A stretch of DNA of 64,000 bases from an uncultured Ruminococcus sp. (GTDB lineage Bacteria; Bacillota; Clostridia; Oscillospirales; Ruminococcaceae): positions 2,792-66,791 of the forward strand of contig CAZGAZ010000008.1 in assembly GCA_964523835.1 (NCBI GenBank), given 5' to 3'. Below the pieces are notes generated by a model. It was not told the origin of the DNA. It searched no databases and saw only the letters and a program-made list of their open reading frames with translations. How positions within the stretch are numbered: position 1 is the first letter of the stretch; every line of letters begins with the position of its first letter. The translations under genes were made by a program, and so were the position numbers. This document shows positions 1 to 10,630 of this stretch, piece by piece.

Positions 1-2
1 CC

Positions 3-2057
3 ATGGAGGAACTGTCCCCGAGAATGTTTTCGTTCAACAATCCTTACGGGGCTTGCCCCAAGTGCACTGGGCTGGGGGTTTTCAAGAAGATAAGTCCCGA
101 GCTTATTATCCCCAATCCCGAGCTTTCCATAAAGCAGGGGGCGGTAAAGGCCAGCGGCTGGAGCACCACGGACCCGGGGTCTATTGCAATGATGTATTTC
201 AAGGGGATTGCGGATCACTACGGGCATTCTATAGATGAGCCTTTGTCAAACTGGTCGGACGAGGCTGTGGACGCTATTTTGTACGGCACGGGGGATATCA
301 AGCTCACTCTTCACCGCTCCACATCTTACGGCGGGGGTACTTACACACAGCCCTTTGAGGGAGTTATCAACAACATGAACCGCCGTTACAATGAAAGCTC
401 CTCCGAATGGAGCAAGGCGGATATTGAGCAGTATATGACTGAGGAGGAATGTCCCGAATGCCATGGGCGGAGGCTGCGCCCCGAGATTCTGGGGGTAACG
501 GTGGGGGGCAAGAGCATTGCGGAGGTTACCGAAATGTCGGTGACGGCGTGCCTTGAATTTTTTAAAAGCCTCACACTTACGGAGAGGGAGAAATTTATTG
601 CGGAGAGGATAGTCAAGGAGATAAATGAGCGGCTGGGTTTTTTAAGCAGTGTGGGGCTTGAATACCTTACGCTGTCGAGAATGGCGGGGACTTTATCGGG
701 GGGAGAATCCCAGAGAATAAGGCTGGCAACTCAGATAGGCTCGTCGTTGGTGGGGGTGCTTTACATTCTTGACGAGCCGTCCATCGGGCTGCATCAGAGG
801 GATAATGACAAGCTTATTGCAACGCTTAAACGTCTGCGGGATCTGGGCAACACGCTGATTGTGGTGGAGCATGACGAGGACACCATGAGGGCGGCGGATT
901 TTATTGTGGATATAGGGCCTTATGCGGGCGTTAGAGGGGGCGAGATAATCTGCACGGGGACGGCGAAGGAGATAATGGAATGCGAGCGCTCGATTACGGG
1001 GGCGTATCTGAGCGGACGTATGAAAGTGCCTGTGCCCGAAAAGCGGCGTGAGGGCAATGGGAATGTGCTTACGGTAAAGGGGGCGAGGGAAAATAATTTA
1101 AAGGGGATAGAGGTTTCTGTGCCCTTGGGGACTTTTACCTGCGTTACGGGGGTTTCGGGGTCGGGAAAATCCTCCCTTGTAAATCAGATAATTTACAAGT
1201 ATCTGGCGGCAAAGCTTAACCGTGCACGTACACGCCCGGGGAATTTTGACGGAATGGAAGGCGTGGAGGCGCTGGACAAGGTGATAAACATTGACCAGTC
1301 TCCCATAGGCAGGACGCCGAGGTCGAACCCTGCCACTTACACGGGGGTATTCAATGATATCCGTGATCTTTTCGCTCAGACCAATGACGCTAAGACGAGG
1401 GGATACGGGTCGGGGAGATTTTCCTTTAACGTTAAGGGCGGGCGGTGCGAGGCCTGCGAGGGGGACGGGATAATCAAGATCGAAATGCACTTTTTACCCG
1501 ATGTATTCGTGCCCTGCGAGGTGTGCAAGGGGCGGCGGTACAACCGTGAGACTTTGGAGGTAAAGTACAAGGGGAAAAGCATTTATGATGTGCTGGAGAT
1601 GACGGTGGACGAGGGTGTGGAGTTTTTCTCCAATATGCCGAAGATTCACCGCAAGCTGCTGACTCTTAAAGAAGTGGGTTTGGGATACATCAAGATAGGA
1701 CAGCCTGCGACTACTCTTTCGGGAGGCGAGGCGCAGAGGGTCAAGCTTGCCACGGAGCTTTCCAAACGCTCCACGGGCAGGACCATTTACATTCTTGACG
1801 AGCCTACAACGGGCTTGCACACGGCGGACGTGCACAAGCTTTTGGAGGTATTGCAGCGGCTTTGCGACGGGGGGAACACGGTGCTTGTTATCGAGCATAA
1901 TCTTGATGTGATAAAGTCGGCGGACTATATCATTGACCTGGGTCCCGAGGGGGGCGACGGGGGCGGAAATGTGGTCGTATGCGGTACTCCCGAGAAAGTG
2001 GCTAAGTGCAGGAAAAGTTATACGGGGAAGTATCTGAAGAATATAATTAATAATTAA
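3..2057 (+). CDS. uvrA: Excinuclease ABC subunit A (5'-truncated by window edge)
   Basis: Two ABC signature motifs ([32 protein letters not shown]), Walker [10 protein letters not shown], Zn-finger CxxC pairs, SFNNPYGAC motif. Confidence 0.98.
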   Translation: MEELSPRMFSFNNPYGACPKCTGLGVFKKISPELIIPNPELSIKQGAVKASGWSTTDPGSIAMMYFKGIADHYGHSIDEPLSNWSDEAVDAILYGTGDIKLTLHRSTSYGGGTYTQPFEGVINNMNRRYNESSSEWSKADIEQYMTEEECPECHGRRLRPEILGVTVGGKSIAEVTEMSVTACLEFFKSLTLTEREKFIAERIVKEINERLGFLSSVGLEYLTLSRMAGTLSGGESQRIRLATQIGSSLVGVLYILDEPSIGLHQRDNDKLIATLKRLRDLGNTLIVVEHDEDTMRAADFIVDIGPYAGVRGGEIICTGTAKEIMECERSITGAYLSGRMKVPVPEKRREGNGNVLTVKGARENNLKGIEVSVPLGTFTCVTGVSGSGKSSLVNQIIYKYLAAKLNRARTRPGNFDGMEGVEALDKVINIDQSPIGRTPRSNPATYTGVFNDIRDLFAQTNDAKTRGYGSGRFSFNVKGGRCEACEGDGIIKIEMHFLPDVFVPCEVCKGRRYNRETLEVKYKGKSIYDVLEMTVDEGVEFFSNMPKIHRKLLTLKEVGLGYIKIGQPATTLSGGEAQRVKLATELSKRSTGRTIYILDEPTTGLHTADVHKLLEVLQRLCDGGNTVLVIEHNLDVIKSADYIIDLGPEGGDGGGNVVVCGTPEKVAKCRKSYTGKYLKNIINN

Positions 2058-2222
2058 TAATTAATAATGACGGGCTGCGGGGATTGCTTTAATGGGTTTG
2101 AAAATTATATTAAGTATATTAATTTAAATATATTTGAAGGCATGGAAATTTTGGGAAAGGGTGCTTACTTCTTGCCTCTTGCTTCTTAATTTTCTTGCCT
2201 CTTGCAGGAGGCGATAACAGTT

Positions 2223-3740
2223 ATGTTTAAGGTTTTGCTTGTGGATGATGAGCCGAATGTGCGGCAGGGGATAAAGATGATGATACCTTGGGACGAGCTG
2301 GGCTGCGAGGTGGTGGACGAGGCCGATGACGGAGATGAGGGGTTATCCAAAATTATTACGTTATCCCCGGACATTGTCATTGCGGACATTAAAATGCCCG
2401 GCAAGACGGGTATCGAAATGACAGAGGCTGCAATGGCTATGGGCTTTAAGGGGAAGGTGCTGATACTTTCGGGGTATTCGGATTTTTCCTATGCAAAGAC
2501 TGCCATTGCGCTGGGGGTGGAGAATTTCATTTTAAAGCCTGTTGACGAGGACGAGCTTATTGAGGCGATAAAGACGGCGGGGGAGAAGATAAACCGTGAA
2601 CGTGACCGCAGGTACAAGCAGGAGATAGGCAGGGAATATCTTAACGAGCAGCTGGTAAAGGGGCTGTTTGCGGGAGACCCCGAGATAGCCTCCGCTATGA
2701 CGGGAAAATACGAATTTTCCGCTTACTGCGCTGCGGTGATATGCTGCAGGGATATGAATATGCCGAGAGAGGAACAGGGGGCGCTGTATGGGAAGATACG
2801 GGACTTTTTCGGCAGCGTTTCCAATGCGGATATTGTTACGGTTGATATGAGCGGTATTACGGCAGTGCTTTTCAAGGGGTGGGCGAAAACCGAAATAAAG
2901 GAGCTTCTGGAGAGGATAGCAAAAAGCTGCCCCGGGGTGTTCATAGCCTGCGGAGGCTATGTGCCCACGCCCGACAGGATCAAGGAATCATACAGCTTTG
3001 CGGAGGGGATATGCAGGAGCTTATTCATATACAAGCATCTGGGGCTTGTTACTCCCGGAATGATAAGCGCATACCCGCCCGAAAGCGGCGACATTGCGGC
3101 GGGCGTATGCGCTTACATGGAGATAAACGATAAGGAAAAGATCGCTGCTGCCATGGGGGAATTTATGAGGTCCCAGATGTATGCGGGGAATACTCCCGAG
3201 CGGGCTAAGGTCAGCTGCATTACAATGGTAATGGAGATACGTTCAAAGCTTTTGCGGAGCGCTGCGGACAAGAAGCCCGAGAACCTTATCACGGATGAAT
3301 TTATAGCGGGGCTTGAAAGCAGCGGCAGTCTTTACGAGATGACAAAGGCGGTGGAGGAAATGCTGGGGAGCGTTTCCGACGACTGCTTCGGGAAAACCAC
3401 AAAAAGCAATATGGAAAGGGTGGTTCAGTACATCAGGGCAAACTACAGCAGTGAGCTGCGGCTGGAGCAGCTGGCGGGGATTTTCGGCTACAACAGCGCA
3501 TATCTCGGGAAGGTATTTCACAGGTACACGGGGGAGAATTTCAACAATTATCTGGACGAGATACGTATCACAGAGGCAAAGCGGCTGCTTGCCTGCGAGG
3601 GATACAAGGTTTACGAGGTGGCGGAAATGGTGGGGTACACCAACATTAATTATTTCCACAACAAATTTAAAAAATATGTGGGGATGAGTCCGCTGAGCTA
3701 CAAGAAAAAGCATTCGGGGGGAGGAGATGATGAGCTGTAG
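2223..3740 (+). CDS. Two-component response regulator, receiver + AraC HTH (YesN-like)
   Basis: VLLVDDE...DIKMPGKTG receiver; C-terminal AraC HTH (YLGKVF...VAEMVGY...YFHNKFKK); start placed at ATG 2223 after GGAGG. Confidence 0.92.
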   Translation: MFKVLLVDDEPNVRQGIKMMIPWDELGCEVVDEADDGDEGLSKIITLSPDIVIADIKMPGKTGIEMTEAAMAMGFKGKVLILSGYSDFSYAKTAIALGVENFILKPVDEDELIEAIKTAGEKINRERDRRYKQEIGREYLNEQLVKGLFAGDPEIASAMTGKYEFSAYCAAVICCRDMNMPREEQGALYGKIRDFFGSVSNADIVTVDMSGITAVLFKGWAKTEIKELLERIAKSCPGVFIACGGYVPTPDRIKESYSFAEGICRSLFIYKHLGLVTPGMISAYPPESGDIAAGVCAYMEINDKEKIAAAMGEFMRSQMYAGNTPERAKVSCITMVMEIRSKLLRSAADKKPENLITDEFIAGLESSGSLYEMTKAVEEMLGSVSDDCFGKTTKSNMERVVQYIRANYSSELRLEQLAGIFGYNSAYLGKVFHRYTGENFNNYLDEIRITEAKRLLACEGYKVYEVAEMVGYTNINYFHNKFKKYVGMSPLSYKKKHSGGGDDEL

Positions 3741-3885
3741 GAAATGGCTGATTTGAAAACACCGCCGCAGATAACTGCTTTATAAAGTCGGGAAAATCTG
3801 AAAGTGATTTAATCGGTATTTCCGCAATATGTAAAAAATGATATAGCACATATATAATTTTGCATTTTAAATATTTTATTAATTG

Positions 3886-3894
3886 TGTTATAAT
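3886..3894 (+). promoter_or_regulatory. Extended -10 sigma-A promoter upstream of nfnAB
   Basis: TG-n-TATAAT in an AT-rich intergenic region; no well-spaced -35 seen. Confidence 0.45.
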
Positions 3895-4001
3895 GATATT
3901 ATATTGAGAAATATTTTCGGATGGGATTTTTTGTGCGCATTTAATGCCGTTTTCCGGGAAATATTTCTTCGGACAAAATATGAGAAAAGGGAAGTGTACA
4001 A

Positions 4002-4841
4002 ATGTACAAGATTTTGAGAAAAAAAGCTTTAAATCCCACTGTTACGCTGATGGATATCGAAGCTCCCGCAGTGGCAAAAAAAGCCGAGCCGGGTCAGTTC
4101 ATTATCCTGAGAACGGACGAGATGGGCGAACGCATTCCCCTCACTATTGCCGACTACGACAGGGAAAAGGGGATAATCACTATTATTTTCCAGATCGTGG
4201 GGGCTACTACGGAGAAGCTGAATCACATGAACGAGGGGGACTGCTTGCAGGATTTTGCGGGGCCTCTCGGCAGACCCACTCACACAGAGGGGCTGAAAAA
4301 AGTCGCTGTGGTAGGCGGCGGCGTGGGCTGCGCCATTGCGTATCCTGTGGCGAAGAAGCTGCATGAGACAGGGTGCGAGGTGCATTCCATAGTGGGGTTC
4401 AGAAGCAAGGATCTGGTCATTCTTGAAGATGAGTTCAAGGCGTGCTCGGACAAGCTTTGCATGATGACAGACGACGGCAGCTACGGTACTAAGGGGCTTG
4501 TTACAAACGCCCTTAAAGACCTTATTGACAGCGGCGAAAAGTATGACGAGGTAATTGCCATAGGGCCGCTGATAATGATGAAGTTCGTGGCGGGGGTAAC
4601 AAAGGAATACGGCATTAAGACGGTGGTTTCCATGAACCCCATTATGATAGACGGCACGGGAATGTGCGGCGGATGCAGACTTACTGTTGGCGGCGAGACA
4701 AAATTTGCCTGCGTGGACGGCCCTGAATTTGACGGGCATCTGGTGGACTTTGACGAGGCGATGGTGCGTTCGTCCATGTACAAGCCCTTTGAGCGGTCGA
4801 AGCACGAGGAAGCCTGCAATCTTTACAAGGAGGTAAAGTGA
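4002..4841 (+). CDS. nfnA: Nfn transhydrogenase small subunit (sulfide/dihydroorotate dehydrogenase-like FAD/NAD-binding protein)
   Basis: GERIPLTIAD, GGGVG, MIDGTGMCGGCR...CVDGPEF [2Fe-2S] motif; directly upstream of an NfnB/GltD-like gene. Confidence 0.9.
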   Translation: MYKILRKKALNPTVTLMDIEAPAVAKKAEPGQFIILRTDEMGERIPLTIADYDREKGIITIIFQIVGATTEKLNHMNEGDCLQDFAGPLGRPTHTEGLKKVAVVGGGVGCAIAYPVAKKLHETGCEVHSIVGFRSKDLVILEDEFKACSDKLCMMTDDGSYGTKGLVTNALKDLIDSGEKYDEVIAIGPLIMMKFVAGVTKEYGIKTVVSMNPIMIDGTGMCGGCRLTVGGETKFACVDGPEFDGHLVDFDEAMVRSSMYKPFERSKHEEACNLYKEVK

Positions 4842-4842
4842 T

Positions 4843-6225
4843 ATGCCTAATATGTCGCTTGTTAAAAATCCTATGCCCTCCCAGGAGGCAGGGGAAAGAA
4901 GAAGCAACTTTGGGGAGGTTGCTCTCGGTTATACCGCAGAAATGGCTGCGGACGAGGCTAAGAGATGTCTCGGGTGCAAGAATATGCCCTGTGTATCGGG
5001 ATGTCCCGTTAATATTGACATTCCCGGGTTTATTAAGAAAATCGCCGAGGGTGAGTTTGAAGAGGCTTACGGCGTTATTGCAAAGTCCAGCTCGCTGCCT
5101 GCGGTGTGCGGACGTGTCTGCCCTCAGGAGACCCAGTGCGAGGGTGTGTGCATAAGGGGCAAAAAAGGCGAGCCTGTGGCTATCGGCCGTCTGGAGAGAT
5201 TTGCTGCGGATTATCATAACAGTAATTTCACGGGGGCTGCCGAAAAGCCCGAGTCAAACGGGAAGAAAGTTGCGGTTATCGGTGCGGGTCCTGCTGGGCT
5301 TACCTGTGCGGGCGACCTTGCAAAGAAGGGCTATGAGGTAACGGTATTTGAGGCGCTGCACCTGGCGGGAGGCGTGCTGGTTTACGGAATCCCCGAATTC
5401 AGACTGCCCAAGAGCATTGTGCAGAAAGAAATTGACGGCTTGAAGGAAATCGGCGTTAAGGTCGAGACAAATATTATAGTGGGCAAGACTGTTACTGTGG
5501 ACGAGCTTTTTGAAGAGGGCTTCAAGGCAATATTTATCGGCTCGGGAGCGGGTCTGCCGAGATTTATGAATATCCCCGGGGAGAACCTTAAAGGCGTTTA
5601 TTCGGCTAACGAGTTCTTGACGAGAGTTAATCTGATGAAGGCTTACAAGCAGGGCAGCGACACTCCCGTTAAGGAGAACAAAAGGGTCGCTGTTGTGGGC
5701 GGCGGAAACGTTGCCATGGACGCTGCAAGATGTGCGCTGAGGCTGGGTGCGGAGGAAGTTTACATAGTATACCGCCGCAGCGAGAGCGAGCTGCCTGCGA
5801 GGGCGGAGGAAGTGGAGCACGCTAAGGAAGAGGGTATTGTTTTCAAAATGCTTACCAATCCCACGGAGATCCTGGGGGACGGAGAGCATTTTGTAAGCGG
5901 TATCAAGTGCGTTTCCATGGAGCTGGGCGAGCCCGATGAATCGGGACGGCGCAGGCCTATTGTGAAAGAGGGCAGCGAGCATATTATTGATGTGGACTGC
6001 GTAATTATGGCTATAGGCACATCTCCGAATCCTCTTATCAGAAACACCACGGAGGGATTGGAGACCAACAAACATGGCTGCATTGTGGTAAAGGACGACA
6101 GCGGACTTACCTCCCGTGAGGGCGTATATGCGGGCGGCGACGCTGTTACGGGTGCGGCTACGGTTATTCTTGCTATGGGTGCGGGCAAGTCTGCGGCACA
6201 GGCTATTGATGAATATTTAAGCTGA
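4843..6225 (+). CDS. nfnB: Nfn transhydrogenase large subunit (often annotated NADPH-dependent glutamate synthase homotetrameric, gltA)
   Basis: RCLGCKNMPCVSGCP and CGRVCPQETQCEG Fe-S motifs; GAGPAG and GGGNVAMD Rossmann motifs. Confidence 0.9.
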   Translation: MPNMSLVKNPMPSQEAGERRSNFGEVALGYTAEMAADEAKRCLGCKNMPCVSGCPVNIDIPGFIKKIAEGEFEEAYGVIAKSSSLPAVCGRVCPQETQCEGVCIRGKKGEPVAIGRLERFAADYHNSNFTGAAEKPESNGKKVAVIGAGPAGLTCAGDLAKKGYEVTVFEALHLAGGVLVYGIPEFRLPKSIVQKEIDGLKEIGVKVETNIIVGKTVTVDELFEEGFKAIFIGSGAGLPRFMNIPGENLKGVYSANEFLTRVNLMKAYKQGSDTPVKENKRVAVVGGGNVAMDAARCALRLGAEEVYIVYRRSESELPARAEEVEHAKEEGIVFKMLTNPTEILGDGEHFVSGIKCVSMELGEPDESGRRRPIVKEGSEHIIDVDCVIMAIGTSPNPLIRNTTEGLETNKHGCIVVKDDSGLTSREGVYAGGDAVTGAATVILAMGAGKSAAQAIDEYLS

Positions 6226-6393
6226 CAGGATAAAGAATTTCCGGAGGCAGGAGGCAAGTGTAAATTATTTTCTTGTCTCTTGCTTCCTGCTTCTGTTAGA
6301 AGTGAGCATGGTCGGTGATGATTTTGCCTGTGCTGTTCTTTTTGCGGTACAGGCTTTTTGACGTTTTTGACGTGAGATAAGGTGTGATGTTTT

Positions 6394-6696
6394 GTGGTCG
6401 GTTATGTTCTGGCTTTTTGGGGGATAACAGCAGTTGCGATAGAAGCTTCGTGGAATGTTTCAAAGATCGTCAAAACAGTTTCAAGCGGGAAAAGGGCTGA
6501 GGCTTCGGATTTTAAACGTGCGGCCGGAACTTTGGCAAGGTGGCTCGCTTTGTATTTATTGCTGCTGTTTTTGTTTATTTACATTATCAAGTCCAATTCA
6601 TGGAGGGCAGAGCCTGTTCATGTGTGGTGTATTGCTTTGATAATTTCGGGATTTGTAAGGCGATGTTGGCTTTGGGTTTATAGGATATATAAATGA
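6394..6696 (+). CDS. Hypothetical membrane protein
   Basis: GTG start after AAGGTG; about three hydrophobic segments; no recognised family. Confidence 0.55.
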   Translation: MVGYVLAFWGITAVAIEASWNVSKIVKTVSSGKRAEASDFKRAAGTLARWLALYLLLLFLFIYIIKSNSWRAEPVHVWCIALIISGFVRRCWLWVYRIYK

Positions 6697-6736
6697 CAGG
6701 GGTTATAATTCCGAACTTTTGAAAGGTGTGTCTGAT

Positions 6737-7615
6737 ATGAGTCCAATAAGAAATGCTTGTGATACGAATATTTATTATGAGGCTTACGGCAAGGGTGAAA
6801 CGGTGCTGTATCTGCAATCGGTGCTTGGAGGAATAAATCCCGGGGCATATTATTTTGCGGGGAGGATATCGAAAAAGCACAGGGTCATTATTTGGGACGG
6901 ACCTAACTGCGGGCAGTCGGGTGTGGTAATAAAGGACACTCAGAGCGAATATCATCTTGCCTGTGAATATATAAAGGGGCTTCTTGATGAGCTGGGGGAA
7001 AAGAGCGTGCATATAGCGGGCTGCTCGGGGGGCGGCGAAATGGGGCTTTTGTTTGCGGGACTTTATCCCGACAGGGTAAAAAGTCTTGCCATGTACCGTC
7101 CTACGGACACAAGCTGCGAAATTGAACGGGCGATCGTGGAGGCAAGATATTATGACCTTGCCCGTGCGGCGGATATTTCCATGGAAAATGCGGTAAAATA
7201 TTCGGAAAACCCTTCAGAGGGGAGATTTAAAAATGTTTCACGGTGGCTGGCGGAGCTGTGCCGCAGGGACAGTGAAAAGATACTTGGAATAAACGGCAGT
7301 GATTTTGCACGGATAATGCGCAGGTGGGGAGACCAAATGAGTTCACCTGATTTTTACAGGGGTCATATGAGCGATGAAGAGCTTGGAAAAATAAATATCC
7401 CTGTGCTTATATGCACCTGTCCTGACGACTATCATCCCCAAAGGCTGGGAGACGATCTGCACAGGGCTTTGCCGGGTTCAATGCTTGTAAGTGCGGGAGA
7501 ATACCGCAGGGAAAATGAGATATACAATGAAGCGGAGGACGAAAATCTTTTCGGCGGATTTACGGGATTTATTGACTGTTATGAGGATTTTATCAATGAA
7601 AAGGCAAGCCGATAA
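6737..7615 (+). CDS. Alpha/beta hydrolase
   Basis: GxSxG nucleophile elbow (HIAGCSGGG), WDGPNCGQS motif, late D-x-x-H (DDYHP); start moved to ATG after AAGGTG. Confidence 0.85.
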   Translation: MSPIRNACDTNIYYEAYGKGETVLYLQSVLGGINPGAYYFAGRISKKHRVIIWDGPNCGQSGVVIKDTQSEYHLACEYIKGLLDELGEKSVHIAGCSGGGEMGLLFAGLYPDRVKSLAMYRPTDTSCEIERAIVEARYYDLARAADISMENAVKYSENPSEGRFKNVSRWLAELCRRDSEKILGINGSDFARIMRRWGDQMSSPDFYRGHMSDEELGKINIPVLICTCPDDYHPQRLGDDLHRALPGSMLVSAGEYRRENEIYNEAEDENLFGGFTGFIDCYEDFINEKASR

Positions 7616-7629
7616 AAGGAGCATTTGCA

Positions 7630-8382
7630 ATGAAAACACCCGAAATTATATTTTTTGATATAGGGCACACCCTTACATATTCCCCCGAAAAATGCAAGGA
7701 AAACGGCTTTGCCGCTTTATGGGAGCACAGGTCGGGGAACTGCGGCTGCACATATGAAGAACTGCTCGGGCGGGCGGAAAAAATTTTCCGTGATGTGGAT
7801 ATTGTGGCGGATTCCTTTGATTATGACATTCCCTTTGCTGCCTCTTTAAAGCTGCTTTTTGACAGTGCGGGGGTGGTGCTTGATATACCGCCGCAGGATC
7901 GGGAAAGGGTTTTTCTGAATACCGCACGGCCTGCCGTCCCCATGCCGGGGGCGGTAGAGATGATAAGCTTTTTGCGGCAGCAGAAAATAAGACGGGCGGT
8001 CATTACCAACAACCGCTTTTCCGAGGAGGCTTTGCTGCGGCAGCTGTGCGGCATTTTCGGGGAGGGTGCGTTTGAGTTTGTGATATCCTCGGCGGATTAT
8101 ATGGTGCGAAAGCCCGACAAGAGGCTGTTTGAGGCGGCGCTGCACAGGGCGGGAGTTTCTCCCGGGGCTGCGTGGCACTGCGGCGATATGGCAAATGCAG
8201 ATGTTATGGGGGCGCATTATATGGGTATTTTCCCGGTGCTTTATGAAACGAATGAGGTGGATAATCCATTTCTGCGGTTCAACAAGGGTTTTGAGGCGGA
8301 TTTCCCCTTTGAGAGGATTTCCTGCTGGAAAGAACTGTGTCAATTAATAATTAATAATGAGCGGGGCGGGTGGATTTGCTGA
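7630..8382 (+). CDS. HAD-superfamily hydrolase
   Basis: FFDIGHTL motif I, ITNN motif II, RKPD motif III, HCGDMANADVMGA motif IV. Confidence 0.9.
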   Translation: MKTPEIIFFDIGHTLTYSPEKCKENGFAALWEHRSGNCGCTYEELLGRAEKIFRDVDIVADSFDYDIPFAASLKLLFDSAGVVLDIPPQDRERVFLNTARPAVPMPGAVEMISFLRQQKIRRAVITNNRFSEEALLRQLCGIFGEGAFEFVISSADYMVRKPDKRLFEAALHRAGVSPGAAWHCGDMANADVMGAHYMGIFPVLYETNEVDNPFLRFNKGFEADFPFERISCWKELCQLIINNERGGWIC

Positions 8383-8514
8383 ACGGTAAATTAAAATGCG
8401 AAAATGCTTTAGATAAATTTTCGGTTTACAGGAAAGGTAAAAAATCAAGATATGTCAATCATTATTAATTATTAACTATTAATTATTAATTAATTTTTGT
8501 GAGGTGTTTTTACA

Positions 8515-9843
8515 ATGAGAGAATACAAGACCCAGATGGAGGCGGCAAGAAAGGGGATAATCACTCCTGAAATGGAAAAGGTGGCAGAGAAAGAATACAG
8601 ATCTCCCGAGGAAATTCGTGAAAAGGTAGGCAGGGGAGTTGTTGCCATTCCTGCAAATGTGAACCACAAATCCCTTTCGCCCGAGGGTATAGGCGAGGGG
8701 CTGCGGACGAAGATAAATGTTAATTTAGGCGTATCGGGGGACTGTCGGGACTATGACAGGGAAATGGAAAAGGTGCGGCTTTCGCTGAAATACGGGGCGG
8801 AGTCTATTATGGATCTGAGCAACTGCGGCAAGACGAATATGTTCAGGCAAAAGCTTATTGAAATGTCCCCCGCTATGATAGGCACTGTGCCCATGTATGA
8901 CGCTATAGGATATCTGGAAAAGGATCTGCCCGAGATAACCGCAGAGGATTTTCTTAAGGTGGTAAAGGCGCACGCCGAGGAGGGTGTGGACTTTATGACA
9001 ATTCATGCAGGGATAAACAGACGTGCGGTGGAGGCTTTCAGGCGGCAGGGGAGGAAGATGAATATTGTTTCCAGAGGGGGTTCGCTGCTGTTTGCATGGA
9101 TGGAGATGACGGGGAATGAAAACCCCTTTTACGAGCATTATGACGAGGTGCTGGAGATACTGCGTGAATATGATGTGACGATAAGCCTTGGGGACGCTTT
9201 GCGCCCCGGGTGCATTTCCGACGCCACGGACGCAGGGCAGACAGCTGAGCTTATCGAGCTTGGAAACCTGACGAAACGGGCTTGGGAAAAGGACGTTCAG
9301 GTAATGGTGGAGGGGCCGGGGCATATGGCTATGAATGAGATTGCCGCAAATATGACCCTTCAGAAGCGGCTTTGTTACAATGCGCCTTTTTATGTACTGG
9401 GACCGCTTGTTACCGATATTTTCCCGGGGTATGACCACATAACGAGCGCTATAGGCGGAGCTGTTGCGGCGGCAAACGGGGCGGATTTTCTCTGCTACGT
9501 TACCCCTGCGGAGCATTTGCGTTTGCCCGATATTTCCGACGTTAAGGAGGGGATAATGGCAAGCAAGATTGCGGCTCATGCGGCGGATATTGCAAAGGGT
9601 GTGCCCCATGCCCGTGAAAAGGACGACGAGATGGCGGCTGCCCGTCATGCGGTGGACTGGGAGCGTATGTTTGAGATTGCCGCAGACGGGGAAAAGGCAA
9701 GGGAATATTTTGAAAGCACCCCTCCTGCCGACCGTCACACCTGCTCTATGTGCGGAAAAATGTGCGCTGTGCGGACTACCAATATGATCCTGGAGGGGAA
9801 AGAGGTCAGGCTTTGCGGCGAGGCGGGAAAAAGCGAGAAGTGA
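8515..9843 (+). CDS. thiC: Phosphomethylpyrimidine synthase
   Basis: [37 protein letters not shown] Fe-S motif. Confidence 0.97.
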   Translation: MREYKTQMEAARKGIITPEMEKVAEKEYRSPEEIREKVGRGVVAIPANVNHKSLSPEGIGEGLRTKINVNLGVSGDCRDYDREMEKVRLSLKYGAESIMDLSNCGKTNMFRQKLIEMSPAMIGTVPMYDAIGYLEKDLPEITAEDFLKVVKAHAEEGVDFMTIHAGINRRAVEAFRRQGRKMNIVSRGGSLLFAWMEMTGNENPFYEHYDEVLEILREYDVTISLGDALRPGCISDATDAGQTAELIELGNLTKRAWEKDVQVMVEGPGHMAMNEIAANMTLQKRLCYNAPFYVLGPLVTDIFPGYDHITSAIGGAVAAANGADFLCYVTPAEHLRLPDISDVKEGIMASKIAAHAADIAKGVPHAREKDDEMAAARHAVDWERMFEIAADGEKAREYFESTPPADRHTCSMCGKMCAVRTTNMILEGKEVRLCGEAGKSEK

Positions 9844-9965
9844 TTTTTGCGGTATGCCGTATGCCGATATGCTTGGGCGATTTTGACGGATTTATGTTTG
9901 ACGGATTTGAACGCCGAAGCTGAAAATATAGGAATTGCGATGTGCAAATGAAATCGAGGGTAAAA

Positions 9966-10598
9966 ATGAATGAGAATATAACTCTTTACGGGATAACAGG
10001 GAATTGCCCGCTGCCTTTGGAAACGGCTGTGGAGGCGGCTTTGCGAGGGGGAGTGGGAATGGTGCAGCTGCGGGAGAAAAATATAAGTGATGAGGAATAT
10101 GTGCGCAAGGCAAAAATGCTTCTGAGCGTCACGGGAAAATACAATGTTCCGCTGATAATCAACGACAGCGTGAAAGTTGCCCTTAAATCGGAGGCGCAGG
10201 GGGTACATCTGGGGCAGACGGACGGCAGTCCCTTGGAGGCAAGGAAAATTTTAGGGGAAAATGCCGTTATCGGCGTTACCGCAAAGACTGTGGAAATGGC
10301 TGTAAAGGCGGAAAGGGACGGTGCGGATTATCTGGGCTGCGGGGCGGTTTTCGGGTCGGTTACTAAGGAAAACGCTGTGCCTATGAAAATGGAAACGCTA
10401 AGGGATATTTGCGCTGCGGTAAGCATTCCCGTGTATGCTATCGGGGGGATAGACACCTCGAATGCAGGGCTTCTGAAAGGCACGGGCATTCGGGGAATTG
10501 CTGTAGTTTCGGCGATATTCGGAAAAAGTTCCTTTGAAGATATAAAGGCGGCGGCAGGTCTGCTGAAGAAAATATCCCTTGAAATTTCGGGGGATTGA
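9966..10598 (+). CDS. thiE: Thiamine phosphate synthase
   Basis: VQLREK, LIIND, GVHLGQTD, ADYLGCGAVFGSVTK, AIGGI; start at ATG after GAGGG. Confidence 0.95.
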   Translation: MNENITLYGITGNCPLPLETAVEAALRGGVGMVQLREKNISDEEYVRKAKMLLSVTGKYNVPLIINDSVKVALKSEAQGVHLGQTDGSPLEARKILGENAVIGVTAKTVEMAVKAERDGADYLGCGAVFGSVTKENAVPMKMETLRDICAAVSIPVYAIGGIDTSNAGLLKGTGIRGIAVVSAIFGKSSFEDIKAAAGLLKKISLEISGD

Positions 10599-10630
10599 AA
10601 AGCAAGTGCGCTATGCAAGAGGAAGATGAT

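Noticed and set aside
8383-8514. TPP riboswitch upstream of thiC
   Set aside because: The conserved CTGAGA/ACCTG core is not found; the region is AT-rich heptamer sequence.
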